A stretch of 64,000 nt of DNA, from contig DAOUME010000022.1 of assembly GCA_034411995.1 (NCBI GenBank), positions 3,965 through 67,964 of the forward strand, in the 5' to 3' direction. The notes under the pieces were generated by a model. That model was given only the letters and a program-made list of their open reading frames with translations. It was not told the origin of the DNA and ran no database searches. Origin of the DNA: Anaerolineae bacterium (lineage in GTDB: Bacteria > Chloroflexota > Anaerolineae > UBA7937 > B3-Chlor). Positions within the stretch are counted from its first letter, which is position 1, and every line of letters starts with the position of its first letter. A program made the position numbers and the translations under genes. Below, in pieces: positions 56,047 through 64,000 of the stretch.

Positions 56047-56074
56047 ATGCCCTGTCAGGCGAGGAGGAGAGGGC

Positions 56075-56992
56075 ATGCCAGCCATCGAGGTCCAGCAACT
56101 CGTGAAGACGTACCACCAGGTGAGAGCGGTGGATGGCATCACCTTCTCCGTGGGCCAAGGAGAGGTCTTCGGGTTCCTGGGACCCAACGGTGCCGGCAAG
56201 ACGACCACCATAGAGATTCTGGAAGGATATCGCAGGCCCGACTCTGGGCTGGTGAGCGTGCTGGGCCTGGATCCCTGTGACGATGGCTACGAGCTCAAAG
56301 AGCGCGTGGGCATCCTGCTCCAGTCAACCTCCCTCCACCCTGACCTGACGGTGGCCGAACTGGTGTCCCTGTTTGAGGGATACTACCGGCACGCCACTCG
56401 ACCAGACACGCTCCTGCAAGCGATGGGACTGGGCGAGAAGCGTAGCGCCCGATACAGAGAGTTGTCAGGAGGTCAGCAGCAGAGGCTAGCTCTGGTTCTG
56501 GGCTTCATCAACGATCCTCGCCTCCTGTTCCTCGACGAGCCCACCGCTGGCCTCGATCCTCAGTCGCGACAAGCCGTGTGGGGATGGATCGTCCAGGCGC
56601 GCCTCGACAGCAAGACTGTCTTCCTCACCACACACCACATCGAGGAAGCACAGGAGTTGTGTGACCGGGTGGCTATCATCGACCACGGCAAGATCATCGC
56701 CCTGGACACCCCCCGGCGTTTGATGGCAGATCTGGGGATCGAGCAGAAGATCGTGTTCCTCACCGAGGACCCCGTGGACCTGGCCAGGCTTTCGTCGCTA
56801 CCGGGAGTGTGGGCAGCCGTGAGCCGCAGGGAGGGCGAATACTTGCTCCACGCAGAGGATCCACAACTGGCCCTCGCAGGTCTGATGGAGCTGGCCTCCG
56901 AGGAAGGGTTTCGACCAAGAGACCTGAGACTCGAGGGTGCCGCTCTGGAGGACGTGTTCATCAGTCTGACCGGCAGGAGAATGAGGGAATGA
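56075..56992 (+). CDS. ABC transporter ATP-binding protein
   Basis: Walker A GPNGAGKTT, signature LSGGQQQRL, Walker B LLFLDEPT. Confidence 0.85.
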   Translation: MPAIEVQQLVKTYHQVRAVDGITFSVGQGEVFGFLGPNGAGKTTTIEILEGYRRPDSGLVSVLGLDPCDDGYELKERVGILLQSTSLHPDLTVAELVSLFEGYYRHATRPDTLLQAMGLGEKRSARYRELSGGQQQRLALVLGFINDPRLLFLDEPTAGLDPQSRQAVWGWIVQARLDSKTVFLTTHHIEEAQELCDRVAIIDHGKIIALDTPRRLMADLGIEQKIVFLTEDPVDLARLSSLPGVWAAVSRREGEYLLHAEDPQLALAGLMELASEEGFRPRDLRLEGAALEDVFISLTGRRMRE

Positions 56993-57735
56993 AAGTCCTG
57001 TGGTCCGAGGTGCTGATTAACGTGAAGCTCTACTTCCGCAACGGACACGCCCTGGTGCCCACGGCGGGGTTTCCTCTGATCCTGATGATGCTCTTCGGCT
57101 ACATGTGTCGCGGCGAGAGCACGGGCGACGTGCCCCTGGTGGCCTACGTATTCGCCAGCACCGTCAGCATGTCGGTGGGAGGAACCGCGTTTCTCAACCT
57201 CTCCATCAGCCTGGTTGAGGAGCGAGACCAGGGAATCCTGAAGAGGCTCCGGGGCACGCCGCTCCGGGAGTGGCAGCTCCTGGGAGGAAAGGTCTTTGCT
57301 GCCAGCCTGGTCATCTGCTTGCAGTTGCTCGTCCTCTCCGTTGTCGGCGTGGCGCTCTTCGAACTCCGCCTGAAGGGGACTCCCCTCCCGTCATTGACCA
57401 TCCTCGTCGTGGGAACCCTGACCTTCCTGGCCATGGGCTTTTGCCTGGCCAGTCTGATGAAGAACGCCAGAGCGGCGGAGGCCTGGGCACTGGCCCTGTT
57501 CCTACCCATGCTGTTCATCGGTGGGGGGTTCTTCCCCACTGAGTCGCTGCCGCGAGCCGTACAGCAACTGGCGTGGGCCTTGCCTCTGACCCACTTCTAC
57601 GAAGCCCTGGTCTCGGTAATGGTGGAGGGCAGCAGCATCGTGAACAGCGCTCATCATCTGCTGATCGTGGGCCTCTGGGCGATAGGTTGTTTTGCGGTGA
57701 CGCTCAAAGCGTTCCGCTGGGAATCAAGCAGATAG
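56989..57735 (+). CDS. ABC-2 type permease
   Basis: MKVLWSEVLINVKLYFRN start overlapping the ATPase stop (ATGA); six TM helices. Confidence 0.75.
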   Translation: MKVLWSEVLINVKLYFRNGHALVPTAGFPLILMMLFGYMCRGESTGDVPLVAYVFASTVSMSVGGTAFLNLSISLVEERDQGILKRLRGTPLREWQLLGGKVFAASLVICLQLLVLSVVGVALFELRLKGTPLPSLTILVVGTLTFLAMGFCLASLMKNARAAEAWALALFLPMLFIGGGFFPTESLPRAVQQLAWALPLTHFYEALVSVMVEGSSIVNSAHHLLIVGLWAIGCFAVTLKAFRWESSR

Positions 57736-57924
57736 GAGAGTACAGGGTGGACTGGCCAGCGGGCAGAGAGGGCGGCGAGGATGCCATGGCCAGAGAACGG
57801 ATTCCCTTCGCCGCCGTGTGCGTATCGCTCGTCCGTAGCTCAGAAGGAGCAATGACCGGCGGGCGATCAGGGACGGCATCTACGGCACGCTGAGCCGGCT
57901 ACCAGTATTCCTGGGAGGACCCAA

Positions 57925-58470
57925 ATGACTTCTTTCAAGGAGCAACTATACAGACTCAACCCCTGGATCCTTTCGTCAGTGGCGGGCGTTCTCACAGCGG
58001 TGCAGATTGGCCTGTGCATCGTTCGCTCCCATCCGGAGGGTGTGCCCCTGCTCAGATATACGGGCTATGTCCTCTGGACAGCAGCCGTGGTCTTCGCTGT
58101 GCTGCCCGTCTTCACCCTCAAGCGCAAGGGGCGGGTGGCCGAGGGCCAGAGCTACATGAAGACCACAACCCTGGTGACCAGCGGGGTGTACTCTCTGGTT
58201 CGGCATCCGCAGGGAGGCCTGGCCTGGCTGCTGATGAACCTGGCAGTGATGCTGGTGGGGCAGACCTGGCCCATCGTACTCCTGGGCGGCGTGTCCATGC
58301 TCCTGGTGTACCTGGACGCGCACAAGACCGATCAGTACTGTGTTGAGAAGTTCGGCGAGGAGTATGAACGTTATATGGAGATTGTGCCCAGGGTCAACGT
58401 GATAGTGGGAGCAACACGGCTGCTGCGGAGAAAGGCAGGGGGTGGCCAGCAACCGGACCCCTCCATCTGA
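57925..58470 (+). CDS. ICMT/PEMT-like methyltransferase-family membrane protein
   Basis: TM helices plus LVTSGVYSLVRHPQ motif typical of isoprenylcysteine carboxyl methyltransferase-like proteins. Confidence 0.55.
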   Translation: MTSFKEQLYRLNPWILSSVAGVLTAVQIGLCIVRSHPEGVPLLRYTGYVLWTAAVVFAVLPVFTLKRKGRVAEGQSYMKTTTLVTSGVYSLVRHPQGGLAWLLMNLAVMLVGQTWPIVLLGGVSMLLVYLDAHKTDQYCVEKFGEEYERYMEIVPRVNVIVGATRLLRRKAGGGQQPDPSI

Positions 58471-58594
58471 GGAACCCAGCACGGGAACACGAGGCAAAGA
58501 AACAGCCCCCGCGATCGCGGGGGCTGTCGTCTTCCTGGTACGAATGCCGAGCGGCGGCGTGTCCGTCGTCTGCGTCAGCCGTAGGGCCTACAGC

Positions 58595-59935
58595 TCATCT
58601 GTTGGGAGTGCAGCAATACGCCTGACCAACGCCGGGAGAGTCCATGGCATCCGTGGCGATCCGATCAAGGTCCAGGCCTACCAGGAAACTTCCATTCGGA
58701 CACCAGGTCACGGGCTGGTGGCTGTTAATCCCGGCCTGTTCCACCTTCACCCAGGAACATGAACCCCAGCCACTGTACTTGGGGTCACCCAGCGGACAGC
58801 AGAAACCTTGTCCAACTCCTGGGGAGTCCATGGGGTCGGTCGCGATACGATCCAGGTCCAGGCCTGTCAGATACTGGCCGTTGGGACACCAAGCCACGGG
58901 CTGGTGGCTATTGATGCCGGCCTGTTCCACCTTCACCCAGGAACACTGGCCCCAGGGACTGAACTGGGCAACACTCAGTGGGCAGCAAAAACCCGCACCA
59001 ACCCCGGGAGAGTCCATGGGGTCCGTGGCGATCCGATCGAGGTCCAGACCGGCCAGGAAACTCCCGTTGGGACACCAGGTCTTCGGCTGATGGCTGTTGA
59101 TCCCTGCCTGTTCCACTCCCACCCAGGAACACTGACCCCACACGGGGACGAAAGTTGTTGGCGTCGCCGTGGCCGCCGGAGGTGGCGGCGGTGGCTGAGT
59201 TGCCGTAGCCGCAGGAGGTGCGGGTGGCTGAGTCGCCGTGGCCGCAGGGGGAGCCGGTGGCTGCGGCGTGGGCTCTGGTGGCGCGCCGTCCTCGACGTGC
59301 AGGGTCACGTTGCGCGTCTGAGGTCCTCCCGGTCCTTCCACCAACAGCTCGTAGGTGACGGTTCCCTCGGGGCACTCCTCCCTCTCCCCAATGGGCGGCG
59401 CCTCCTGACCATTGACGAAGGTGGGGAACTCGGGAGGCTGTACCTCCCAGTGCAGCATGGCGCACCCACCCTTGGGGATCACGTCAGGGTCGACGATGAA
59501 GTTGATGACCTCTGGTCCTCCTTCAGGAGGTGGCTCTTCCGGTGGGACTTCCTCCGGAGGGCCTTCTTCCGGCGGCGGTTCCTCGCCTCCGCCCTCGACC
59601 CGGATCAGCACGGTCTCCCTCACCGATCCGCTGGGTGCCGCCACCACCAGCTCGAAGGTCCTGGTCTCGTCGAGACACACGTCCTGCTCACCCGAGGCAG
59701 GGACTTCCCGGCCGTCGAAGAAGATCGGATAGTCTTCGGCGCCGCTAACGTCCCAGTGCACCAACGTGCACCCGCCCGGCGGGACCACTTCCTCGCTCGA
59801 CCAGAGCTGTATCTCGGGCTCCGTGCCAACACCCGGAAACACGCTGGGAAGCGTACAGCCAGCGGCGCCGGCGAACAGTGCGAGAGCCACCGCCAGCGTC
59901 AGCCCAAGTAAGACTGGAGATCTCTGTCTACTCAT
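58595..59935 (-). CDS. Secreted lipoprotein with two Ig-like modules, Pro-rich linkers and three tandem 62-aa Cys-rich repeats (unknown domain)
   Basis: ATG at 59935 preceded by AGGGAGGA; lipoprotein signal LALALFAGAAGC; repeats WGQCSWV(K/G)VEQAGINSHQPxxWCPNGxxLxGLDLDRIATDPMDSPGVGxGFCC, three copies; PPxE and PPAPPAATATQ linkers. Confidence 0.65.
   Translation of the reverse strand: MSRQRSPVLLGLTLAVALALFAGAAGCTLPSVFPGVGTEPEIQLWSSEEVVPPGGCTLVHWDVSGAEDYPIFFDGREVPASGEQDVCLDETRTFELVVAAPSGSVRETVLIRVEGGGEEPPPEEGPPEEVPPEEPPPEGGPEVINFIVDPDVIPKGGCAMLHWEVQPPEFPTFVNGQEAPPIGEREECPEGTVTYELLVEGPGGPQTRNVTLHVEDGAPPEPTPQPPAPPAATATQPPAPPAATATQPPPPPPAATATPTTFVPVWGQCSWVGVEQAGINSHQPKTWCPNGSFLAGLDLDRIATDPMDSPGVGAGFCCPLSVAQFSPWGQCSWVKVEQAGINSHQPVAWCPNGQYLTGLDLDRIATDPMDSPGVGQGFCCPLGDPKYSGWGSCSWVKVEQAGINSHQPVTWCPNGSFLVGLDLDRIATDAMDSPGVGQAYCCTPNR
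58598..59145. repeat. Tandem 186-bp coding repeat, three copies (inside the Cys-rich repeat gene)
   Basis: Repeat visible in both the minus-strand gene and its plus-strand shadow ORF 58644..59090 (MASVAIRSRSRP.. repeated three times). Confidence 0.75.
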
Positions 59936-60123
59936 CTGATCCTCCCTTCTAGTGCCCTCACTCATTGGGGCCCGGGCACCTGAGCCCCCCCAATGGATTT
60001 CGATTACTATAGCAGCCAGCCAGCACAATGTCAACCCGGTGACGGAGCAGGGTGCGGAAAAAGGCGGCGAGCGAGGGGCGCTGTACAGGCTCGAAAACCA
60101 CACGTATAATGACAGGCAGGGCC

Positions 60124-61554
60124 ATGTCGCGAGCAGGCCATCCTGGTCTGCTGAAGAAACACGTACCGGTGTGGCCGTGCCCGGAACAGGCAGTGAAAGG
60201 TCGAATACTCCTCATCAACCCCTGGATCTACGACTTCGCCGCCTACTGCGAATGGAGCGAGCCCCTGGGCCTGCTCTCCGTCGCCGCCGTGCTGAAGGAG
60301 AACGGCTATGAGGTCTCCCTCATCGACTGCCTGGACAGGCACCATCCCCAACTGCCCACCGGGTCTCGTGAAGACTCCTATGGCCGCGGCAAGTTCCTGA
60401 AGACCTTCATCGAGACACCGCCCCTCCTCTCCCACGTCCCACGTCGCTACGGGCGATACGGCCTCCCGGCGGAGGTCTTCGAGGAGGAGCTGGAGCGGCA
60501 GCCCCGGCCTGACATCACTATGGTCACCTCCGGGATGACCTACTGGTACCCGGGGCCTTTCGAGGCCATCCGGAGAGCCAAGGCGCACTTCCCGGGGGTG
60601 CCCACCGTTCTGGGGGGCGTCTACGCCACGCTCTGCCCCCATCACGCCCGGGAAGAGTCAGGCGCCGATCACATCGTCACGGGCGAGGGGGAGCTCCAGG
60701 CGCTGCGCCTCGTTGATGAGTTGACCGGCAACAGGTCCGACTACGGGCCGTACAGCTCGGATCTCGACTCCCTGCCCTGGCCTTCCCACGAGCTGCGCAG
60801 GAATCAGGGGTACGCAGCTATCCAGACGTCGCGCGGCTGCCCCTTCCACTGCACGTATTGCGCTTCTTCCCTGCTGCACCCACAGGGCTTCAGGCGAAGA
60901 GCTCCACACCGCGTGGCGGACGAGATAGAACAGTGCCGAAGGGAGTTGGGAATCCGCGATTTCGCCTTCTACGACGACGCCCTCCTGGTGGAGGCCACCG
61001 GTCACCTCCACCTCCTCCTGGACCAGGTGCTGCAACGGCGCCTGGACTGCCGGTTTCACACCCCCAACGGCCTGCACGCTCGTTACCTGGACGAACCCCT
61101 GGCCTCCAAGATGTACCGGGCTGGGTTCAGAACGATCAGGCTGGGGTTGGAGACCTCGGATGCCCGCGAGCAGCAGCGCACCGGCTCCAAGGTCAACAAC
61201 GAGGACTTCCGCTCCGCCGTCCGAGCCCTGAAGGGGGCCGGCTTCAGGACGGATCAGATCACCGCCTACGTGCTCATGGGACTGCCCGGGCAAGCGGTGC
61301 CGGAGGTGATGGACAGCGTGGATTTCGCCCACGAAAACGGGGTACTGGTCCAGATCGAGGCCCTCTCACTCATCCCTGGGACCGTGGAATGGGAGCGCGC
61401 CCGGCTCGGCGGCCACCTGGACGGCGGTGTCGACCCGCTTCTGCACAACAACTCCCTCTACCCCTTTTCCTGGTGCGCAGCCAGTATGGATGACTTCCAG
61501 AAAGCCAAGTCGCGCGCCACGGCGGGAAACCGCGCCCTGGTCCGCGCCTCATGA
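60124..61554 (+). CDS. B12-binding domain radical SAM protein
   Basis: N-terminal B12-binding Rossmann region ([15 protein letters not shown]...[21 protein letters not shown]), radical SAM cluster motif ([10 protein letters not shown]). The ORF was trimmed to the ATG at 60124. Confidence 0.75.
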   Translation: MSRAGHPGLLKKHVPVWPCPEQAVKGRILLINPWIYDFAAYCEWSEPLGLLSVAAVLKENGYEVSLIDCLDRHHPQLPTGSREDSYGRGKFLKTFIETPPLLSHVPRRYGRYGLPAEVFEEELERQPRPDITMVTSGMTYWYPGPFEAIRRAKAHFPGVPTVLGGVYATLCPHHAREESGADHIVTGEGELQALRLVDELTGNRSDYGPYSSDLDSLPWPSHELRRNQGYAAIQTSRGCPFHCTYCASSLLHPQGFRRRAPHRVADEIEQCRRELGIRDFAFYDDALLVEATGHLHLLLDQVLQRRLDCRFHTPNGLHARYLDEPLASKMYRAGFRTIRLGLETSDAREQQRTGSKVNNEDFRSAVRALKGAGFRTDQITAYVLMGLPGQAVPEVMDSVDFAHENGVLVQIEALSLIPGTVEWERARLGGHLDGGVDPLLHNNSLYPFSWCAASMDDFQKAKSRATAGNRALVRAS

Positions 61555-61661
61555 CCTGGCCCTGCAAGTGTGGTTTCCACAATCAACCGTTCTATGTTAG
61601 AATACTCTTGGACCCCAGGCTCGCACGCAGAGCAGAGCACCCGGGTCAGGAGGTTGTGGTT

Positions 61662-62567
61662 GTGAGCAAGATTGGCAGGAACGACCCTTGCCCTTGCGGC
61701 AGTGGGAAGAAGTACAAGCACTGCTGTCTCCAGAAGGAAGCGGCCGGCAAGTCGGAAGCCATGAGCCGCGACCGGGCCTGGGACACGATGATGGACAAGC
61801 TCCTCGACTTCTCGCGCGAGACACGATTCCGTGTGGATCTGGAAGCGGCGTTTGACCTCTTCTGGAACAAGAGCTACACCCTCGAACAGAGCGGCGAACT
61901 CGTGCCTCCGCAGATCATGAGTTTTCTGGACTGGTACGTCCACGACTACCAGACCTCGGCTGACGGCCGGAGGATCGTGAAGATCTTCCTCGAGGAGAAG
62001 GGCCGTGCGCTTTCCGAGCAAGAGCGGAACCTGCTGCGAGCGGACACCGACGCCCTCCTCAGCGCCTTCAAGGTCACCGGGGCGGAACCGGGTGAAACCA
62101 TCGGGCTGCTGGACGTGTTTCAGAACTCGGAGGTGGAGCTGCCCCACACTCCCTCTTTGCGGGGCGTGGAGGAAGGTCAGTTGTTGCTGGCTCGCCTGGT
62201 CACCGCGGGCGAGTACCGCCGTTTCTCCTGGATCAGCGCCCTCATACCGCCAGAGGTCGAGGAGAGCTTCACAGCCCACGTCCAGGAGATGTTCGCCGCC
62301 TACCAGGACGAGCACTACCAGGCCCCGTGGCCGCAGTTCCTGCGGCAAAGGAGCTACGTCTTCAATCACTTCCTGCTAGAGCTGAGAGGAGAGGTGGCCC
62401 CACCCAGGATCATACTGCCCGACCAGGAGAGGACTCAGGCTGAGCCTCGGCCCACCGTTCTCACCCTCGACGACCTGCGATCGAAGGATGGTCCTCCCGT
62501 TGCTGTGCCGGGGCAGAAGGAGCGCAGACCCCGACCTACCGTTCTGGTGCCCGGCAGGGACACCTAG
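61662..62567 (+). CDS. SEC-C metal-binding motif protein
   Basis: GTG start after a GGAGG RBS; N-terminal [17 protein letters not shown] (SEC-C motif) followed by about 280 aa of unknown function. Confidence 0.55.
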   Translation: MSKIGRNDPCPCGSGKKYKHCCLQKEAAGKSEAMSRDRAWDTMMDKLLDFSRETRFRVDLEAAFDLFWNKSYTLEQSGELVPPQIMSFLDWYVHDYQTSADGRRIVKIFLEEKGRALSEQERNLLRADTDALLSAFKVTGAEPGETIGLLDVFQNSEVELPHTPSLRGVEEGQLLLARLVTAGEYRRFSWISALIPPEVEESFTAHVQEMFAAYQDEHYQAPWPQFLRQRSYVFNHFLLELRGEVAPPRIILPDQERTQAEPRPTVLTLDDLRSKDGPPVAVPGQKERRPRPTVLVPGRDT

Positions 62568-62859
62568 GCGGCGGCCAGACATCGCCGGCGATTGATCGAG
62601 CTCCCAGAATTGCAGCAGATGGACTTCAGGCCGTGGGCCAGTGTGGCGCTCCAGCAACTGAAGGTGTCTCAAGAAAACCACGCTGGACCTCATCGACTTC
62701 CAGGACGACGAGCCCCCAGGGTCGCAATGGCGGTCAGCCTGGAGCACCAGGGGAGGAAAGTCCAACGCAGGCGCTGAAGCGTGCTGCGACCTTCGCGGGC
62801 ATGAATCCGCGGCTCGAAATCCATCGTGGGCGCGAAGTGCTCGAGTGTATTGGGGATGA

Positions 62860-63738
62860 GTGAATCAGGAGCGAGAATTGAACCCAGATGAGCTGGCCGG
62901 TGCACAGCCACAGTCGCGGCCAGTAGAGCTGGAGGCGAAGCTGGACGACCTCAGGCAACTTCTCCGGGACATGGGCCGGGTGATCGTCGCCTACTCCGGA
63001 GGCACGGATAGTACGCTCCTGCTCAAGGTCGCCCACGAGGAACTGGGCCCAGGCGCCGTCGCGGTGACCGCCGTCAGCCCCACCACCCCCAGAGAGGAGC
63101 TGGATAGTGCGGCCAGCGTGGCCAGGGAGATCGGCGCTCAACACCTGCTCGTCGACAGCGATGAACTGGACGACGCGGACTACGTGGCCAACACGCCGGA
63201 ACGGTGTTATCACTGCAAGCACGTGCGCTTCGGCAAGCTCACGGAGATGGCTCGAGACAGAGATTTCTCCTACGTGGTAGATGGAAGTAACCTCGACGAT
63301 CTGGGAGACCACAGGCCGGGCATGAGGGCCGCTCGCGAACTGGGCGTGCGCAGCCCTCTCCGGGAGGCTGGTCTGAACAAGGCTGACATTCGTGCCCTGA
63401 GCCGGAAGCTGGGCCTATCCACCTGGGACAAGCCGTCCGGCGCATGTCTGGCCAGTCGCCTCCCTTACGGGACCCCCATCACCGGCGCGCGTCTAAAACA
63501 GGTCGAAGATGCGGAGAGGTTTGTCCGCAGTCTGGGCATCTCTCAACTGCGCGTCCGGCTCCACGGGGACATAGCCCGCATCGAGGTAGAAGCGAAAGAC
63601 CTGCCGGTACTGCTTCAGAACCGATCGTTGATCGTGAAGGAGTTGCGAGGACTGGGATTTTCGTACGTGACGGCCGATCTGGAGGGGTATCGCACGGGGA
63701 GCATGAACGAGACCCTGGCGGAAGAAGAGCATGAATGA
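62860..63738 (+). CDS. larE: ATP-dependent sacrificial sulfur transferase LarE (PP-loop ATP pyrophosphatase)
   Basis: PP-loop SGGTDS ([14 protein letters not shown]), conserved Cys in ...[13 protein letters not shown]..., and the overall LarE pattern; immediately followed by LarB. Confidence 0.75.
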   Translation: MNQERELNPDELAGAQPQSRPVELEAKLDDLRQLLRDMGRVIVAYSGGTDSTLLLKVAHEELGPGAVAVTAVSPTTPREELDSAASVAREIGAQHLLVDSDELDDADYVANTPERCYHCKHVRFGKLTEMARDRDFSYVVDGSNLDDLGDHRPGMRAARELGVRSPLREAGLNKADIRALSRKLGLSTWDKPSGACLASRLPYGTPITGARLKQVEDAERFVRSLGISQLRVRLHGDIARIEVEAKDLPVLLQNRSLIVKELRGLGFSYVTADLEGYRTGSMNETLAEEEHE

Positions 63739-64000
63739 CCGGATGAGAAAGCTCCTGGAAGACGTCAGGAGTGGCCGCCTGGAGGTCGAGGAAGCCCTCT
63801 CCCTCCTGCGGGATCTGCCCTACCAGGATCTGGACTACGCGATACTGGACCACCACCGCGGATTGAGGAAAGGCTTTCCCGAGGTAGTCTTCTGTCAGGG
63901 CAAGACGCCCGCACAGGTCGCGGAGATTCTGGTCGAGTTGTCCAAGCACCACGACCGCGTCATGGCCACGCGGGCCGACGAAGAGACGTTCAGAACGGTG
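63735..64000 (+). CDS. larB: Nickel-pincer cofactor biosynthesis protein LarB (N-terminal part; 3-prime end cut by window edge)
   Basis: [37 protein letters not shown] matches the LarB N-terminal domain; start overlaps the larE stop (ATGA). Confidence 0.7.

Noticed and set aside
58644-59090. Plus-strand ORF with triple MGSVAIRSRSRP repeats
   Set aside because: Shadow ORF on the opposite strand of the tandem-repeat region of the Cys-rich lipoprotein gene; no RBS, and the repeat periodicity is explained by the minus-strand gene.
1-64000. CRISPR arrays, rRNA genes, transposases or integrases
   Set aside because: No short regularly spaced direct repeats, no rRNA-like segments, and no DDE/tyrosine/serine recombinase signatures were seen in any frame. 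The only mobile-element-like signal is the repeat-bounded cassette array.

Overview
This is a high-GC (~65%) bacterial window with dense, often translationally coupled genes. The Roadblock/MglA, DUF4340/GldG and DUF333 content loosely suggests Chloroflexota or Actinobacteria, but that is not verifiable from sequence alone. Landmarks from 5-prime to 3-prime:
- a conservon-like signalling cluster (histidine kinase fragment, five Roadblock/LC7 paralogs, one MglA-like GTPase);
- a gliding-motility-type ABC cluster (GldA/GldF/GldG-like plus DUF4340);
- a minus-strand operon: RRE-containing radical-SAM/SPASM enzyme, SAM methyltransferase, two-domain thioredoxin-fold protein, GT2, polyprenyl-phosphate sugar transferase;
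- SIMPL protein, tRNA-Leu(CAG), an OppA-family binding protein, secG, lepA, a UshA-like 5-prime-nucleotidase, an MFS transporter, GT4, a Trm112-methyltransferase;
- a large MmeI-like single-chain type IIG restriction-modification enzyme followed by about 13 kb of cassettes;
- downstream housekeeping and accessory genes ending in a B12-radical-SAM gene, a SEC-C protein and larE-larB.
Two observations stand out. First, the thioredoxin-fold gene carries an in-frame TGA exactly at the first cysteine position of its second active site (TPT-TGA-PYC). The frame stays open through it, so it is a strong selenoprotein candidate (CDFC plus UPYC). Second, the last 35-130 bp of the type IIG RM gene are repeated five more times as decaying direct repeats, each ending in TGA. 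These repeats delimit at least five co-oriented cassettes: an Ntn/HslV-like protein; a TPR-HEPN protein; a GIY-YIG-like protein; an unknown protein with an MBL hydrolase; and a Ddl/racemase/ADH/C-S-lyase/methyltransferase block. Several cassettes are lower in GC. The pattern resembles serial site-specific insertion into the 3-prime end of the RM gene (an integron-like or tRNA-island-like hotspot using a protein-gene terminus), with no recombinase in the window. Two families of GC-rich palindromic repeats are also scattered in intergenic regions: GTAGGGG..CCCCTAC and GGGTCTSAGACCCGCCC. No CRISPR array, rRNA, transposase or integrase was seen.
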